Positions 61,429 to 64,000 of a stretch of DNA of 64,000 nt are shown here, piece after piece. The DNA comes from Chiloscyllium plagiosum (taxonomy: Eukaryota). The notes beneath the pieces were generated by a model. The model saw only the letters and a list, made by a program, of their open reading frames with translations. It did no database searches and was not told where the DNA came from. The stretch's first letter is position 1, and the number at the start of each line of letters is the position of its first letter. Location: positions 69,495,098-69,559,097 of the forward strand of contig NC_057718.1 in the NCBI RefSeq assembly GCF_004010195.1, read 5' to 3'. A program made the translations under genes and the position numbers.

Positions 61429-63439
61429 TTACTTATTATAAAATGCAATTCTGCAAAAGGTAAAGAGGAAAAATGTTTGGGAGACACATGTAGGAGTTGG
61501 GTGAAGGCTGAAATACAATAAACTTTAAATACACTTAAAATACATTTCATTTAAGAAGGTGTAAATTTTCAAAACAGTGCTTACAGTGGGACTAACAGCA
61601 CCAAAGAGCAACTTGTTATCAGTCACTGATTCCTACTTAATGAATTGTGGGAGAACAGCAACATCACATCCACAGGGAAAAGTCACTGAGAAAAACGTCT
61701 GGATTTTTGCACATGCACAGGTCCAGGTATTGCTGCTAAATTCAGAGGAGTATGATGGCAAACTTTGATAATTTCATTATCATTATGACCAGAAATTAAG
61801 GTTCAATGTCTCTTCTGGAAGAATAGAATCAACAAAAAAAAACAAAGTTCAAGTTTTATAAGGATCCAGTTTGTTAGGATGGAGATGTACTCAACTGTCA
61901 CATATTTGAATAGCAGGGTTGCTTTGCCTGTGTTTTTCTTTCTCAAGTTCAGAGAATGGAATCTCAGTTATAAGAATTGAATATTTCTTAAAGCCTATTG
62001 GAAGCTATCTGCATGCAAGATGTAGTTAGAAACCAAGCAAGATATAATCCCATATGTCAGAGATGTCAGGGATCATGGAGATTGCCAGTGAACTGGCCAG
62101 TTACATCTCATTTGTTCTTTCCCTTTTCATTCAACCCATAACGGTGTCTGTTTGAGTGTCTACCTTTGAGAGAGACTGAGGGCTAGAATCAAGCAGAACT
62201 GGGTTTAAAACAAAGACATTAATTAGATTATCTTGTGGTTTAAGTTTGCTCTGTAAAGTTGTTAGATATTATATTTGAGCTATGTCAATTATTCACAAAG
62301 TTTGGATATGAATCATTGGAGTCAGTTTTAGGTTTGACGGTTTTGCTTTTCCTGTGTTGTGACTATAGAAGCAGGGAGGCTGTTTTGATTTGGCTGTCTG
62401 TTTCTGTGTCATAATACATGGAAACCACTGCTTAATACCACCTTCCATTCTTCAGCTGATCAGAATTCCTCTATGTGAAGCACAAATTGGAAAAGTACCC
62501 ATGATGGCAAGGGCACACTGGAGGTTTGGATGGGGCTGGGGTGGAAACCTCAATGATCATCACCAGTAATACCACTCAAGGTGTAGCAGAGTCATGAAGT
62601 AGTTATTTGCCAAACCACAAATGGTGAAAGAGCTAATATGAGCAAAAATGCTGCAATAACCTTGGTCCTACTGTTGTAATAGTGTGGCTAACTAAATGTT
62701 CAGATAATCACTGCTAGAGTATTGGTCATGATAAAGTAGATTTGGCAGATGCTCCTTTCTAGGTTGGGGTCTGCAGGGAATGCTTTGTCAGCATGCAGGA
62801 GCAAAGTGCTATGTTGTCTAATGTGAAGAACTTTTGTTCTTAAACATAATGTAGTTTATTGCATATTAGAAATCAGGCATGTGTCACATTGGTATGATGA
62901 ATATCATTACAAAGAGTATGAGGGCTCCGAGATCACAAGACTGTCACCTTTGAGTTCTCTTGCCATTCTGCCTCTCCCCCCCTCCCCTTAATTTCTGATG
63001 ACATTAGGCAGATCATGTAGTCTTCAGCATTAATCCTATCAGAACCATTACCTTAGGCATCACTCACCTATCTACTAGTTGCAGATGCATTTGTTCATGT
63101 TAAAAGTGACCACTTCACAGTTCAAGCAGCACATAGTTGGACGGCCATGCTATATGATTTTTACATCCTTACCAATGCTCTAAAGCTGGATGACCAATAC
63201 TGGTTCAATGCAAAATGTGGAAAAACAACAGCAAGTGCATAAAAATGTGAGTTATAACCCTAATGAAATGATATCACATGACTGTATAGCTGCCAAACAG
63301 CAGAAACAGTATTCAATCAATAGATCAAACAATTCCATGACCAGTTGCTTAGGAACACAGAATTTGAGTATTGTTGAAAAATATACTTTGTCAAAGCTTT
63401 ATGTCTTACCCTCATCATTTGTCATTGAACAACTGTCGG

Positions 63440-63760
63440 GCATTCTGAAGAGGAGAGGGCAAACAAACAGATCATCATACATATCGGTGCCAATAGCACA
63501 AACAGAGAAAGGGATTAGGTCCAGAAAGCAGAATATGGAATATGCAGCGAGGAAGTAGATTAAAGAACAGGACCCAGAAGATAGTAATCTCTGAATTACT
63601 TCCAGCGCCAAGTGCTAGTGAGTACAGATGTAGGAGGCTAATCCAGAAAGGGGATGGTTCTGAGCTTAATTTTAGTTAATGAAGCTGGCAAGTGTTGAAG
63701 TAGCATTGGGGGACGATTTTGTAGACCACAATAATAAGTCTGTTAGAAATAAAAGCTCTG
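63440..63760 (+). mobile_element. Old CR1 ORF1/ORF2 remnant
   Basis: ggcattctgaagaggagagggcaaacaaacag...catatcggtgccaat (ILKGEG.Q..V..HIGTN-like). Confidence 0.55.
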
Positions 63761-64000
63761 AACTCGATTTATATCTTATTGTCATGTGTACTCAGGTACA
63801 GGAATATAGGAATACAGTGAAAAATGTACAAAGTCAACATCCTAGTATATAAAAAACAGGATTAAAAACAAAGACAGAAATGAAAGAAACAGCCAAAAGA
63901 AAAGGAAATGTATAGATTACTCCATGCCTCCACCAAGAGTCCTCGCTACCATAAACAAAACCACAAACTCCAGTGCTCAGTCTGCAAACACCCAGGTGCC

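Overview
Vertebrate genomic DNA, almost certainly a shark/elasmobranch (inferred from HE1-type V-SINEs and shark-type CR1 LINEs). The window holds four coding exons of FNDC1 on the minus strand (33685-33495, 12727-12620, 10714-10526 and a 1878-bp Ser/Pro-rich exon at 2576-699). All have canonical AG/GT sites and compatible phases, and the gene continues off both ends. Most of the rest is intronic retroelement sequence: several near-full-length but disabled CR1 LINEs, HE1 SINEs, one internally deleted L1-clade element with a 17-bp TSD, a probable solo LTR, a TTAA-flanked MITE, and many Penelope-like (PLE) fragments. The PLE fragments carry minimal hammerhead ribozyme motifs from at least three families. 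One insertion is a near-perfect 92-bp palindrome with an intact hammerhead core on each strand. Other notable structures: a 5'-inverted CR1 inserted inside a SINE, a ~285-bp apparent gene-conversion tract between two CR1 copies 10.7 kb apart, a 130-bp templated duplication, and a YY1-like motif at the L1 5' end. Family names and orthology come from recalled sequence knowledge, not from database searches. Repeat boundaries without a stated TSD are approximate. No prokaryotic-type system (CRISPR, operons) is present.
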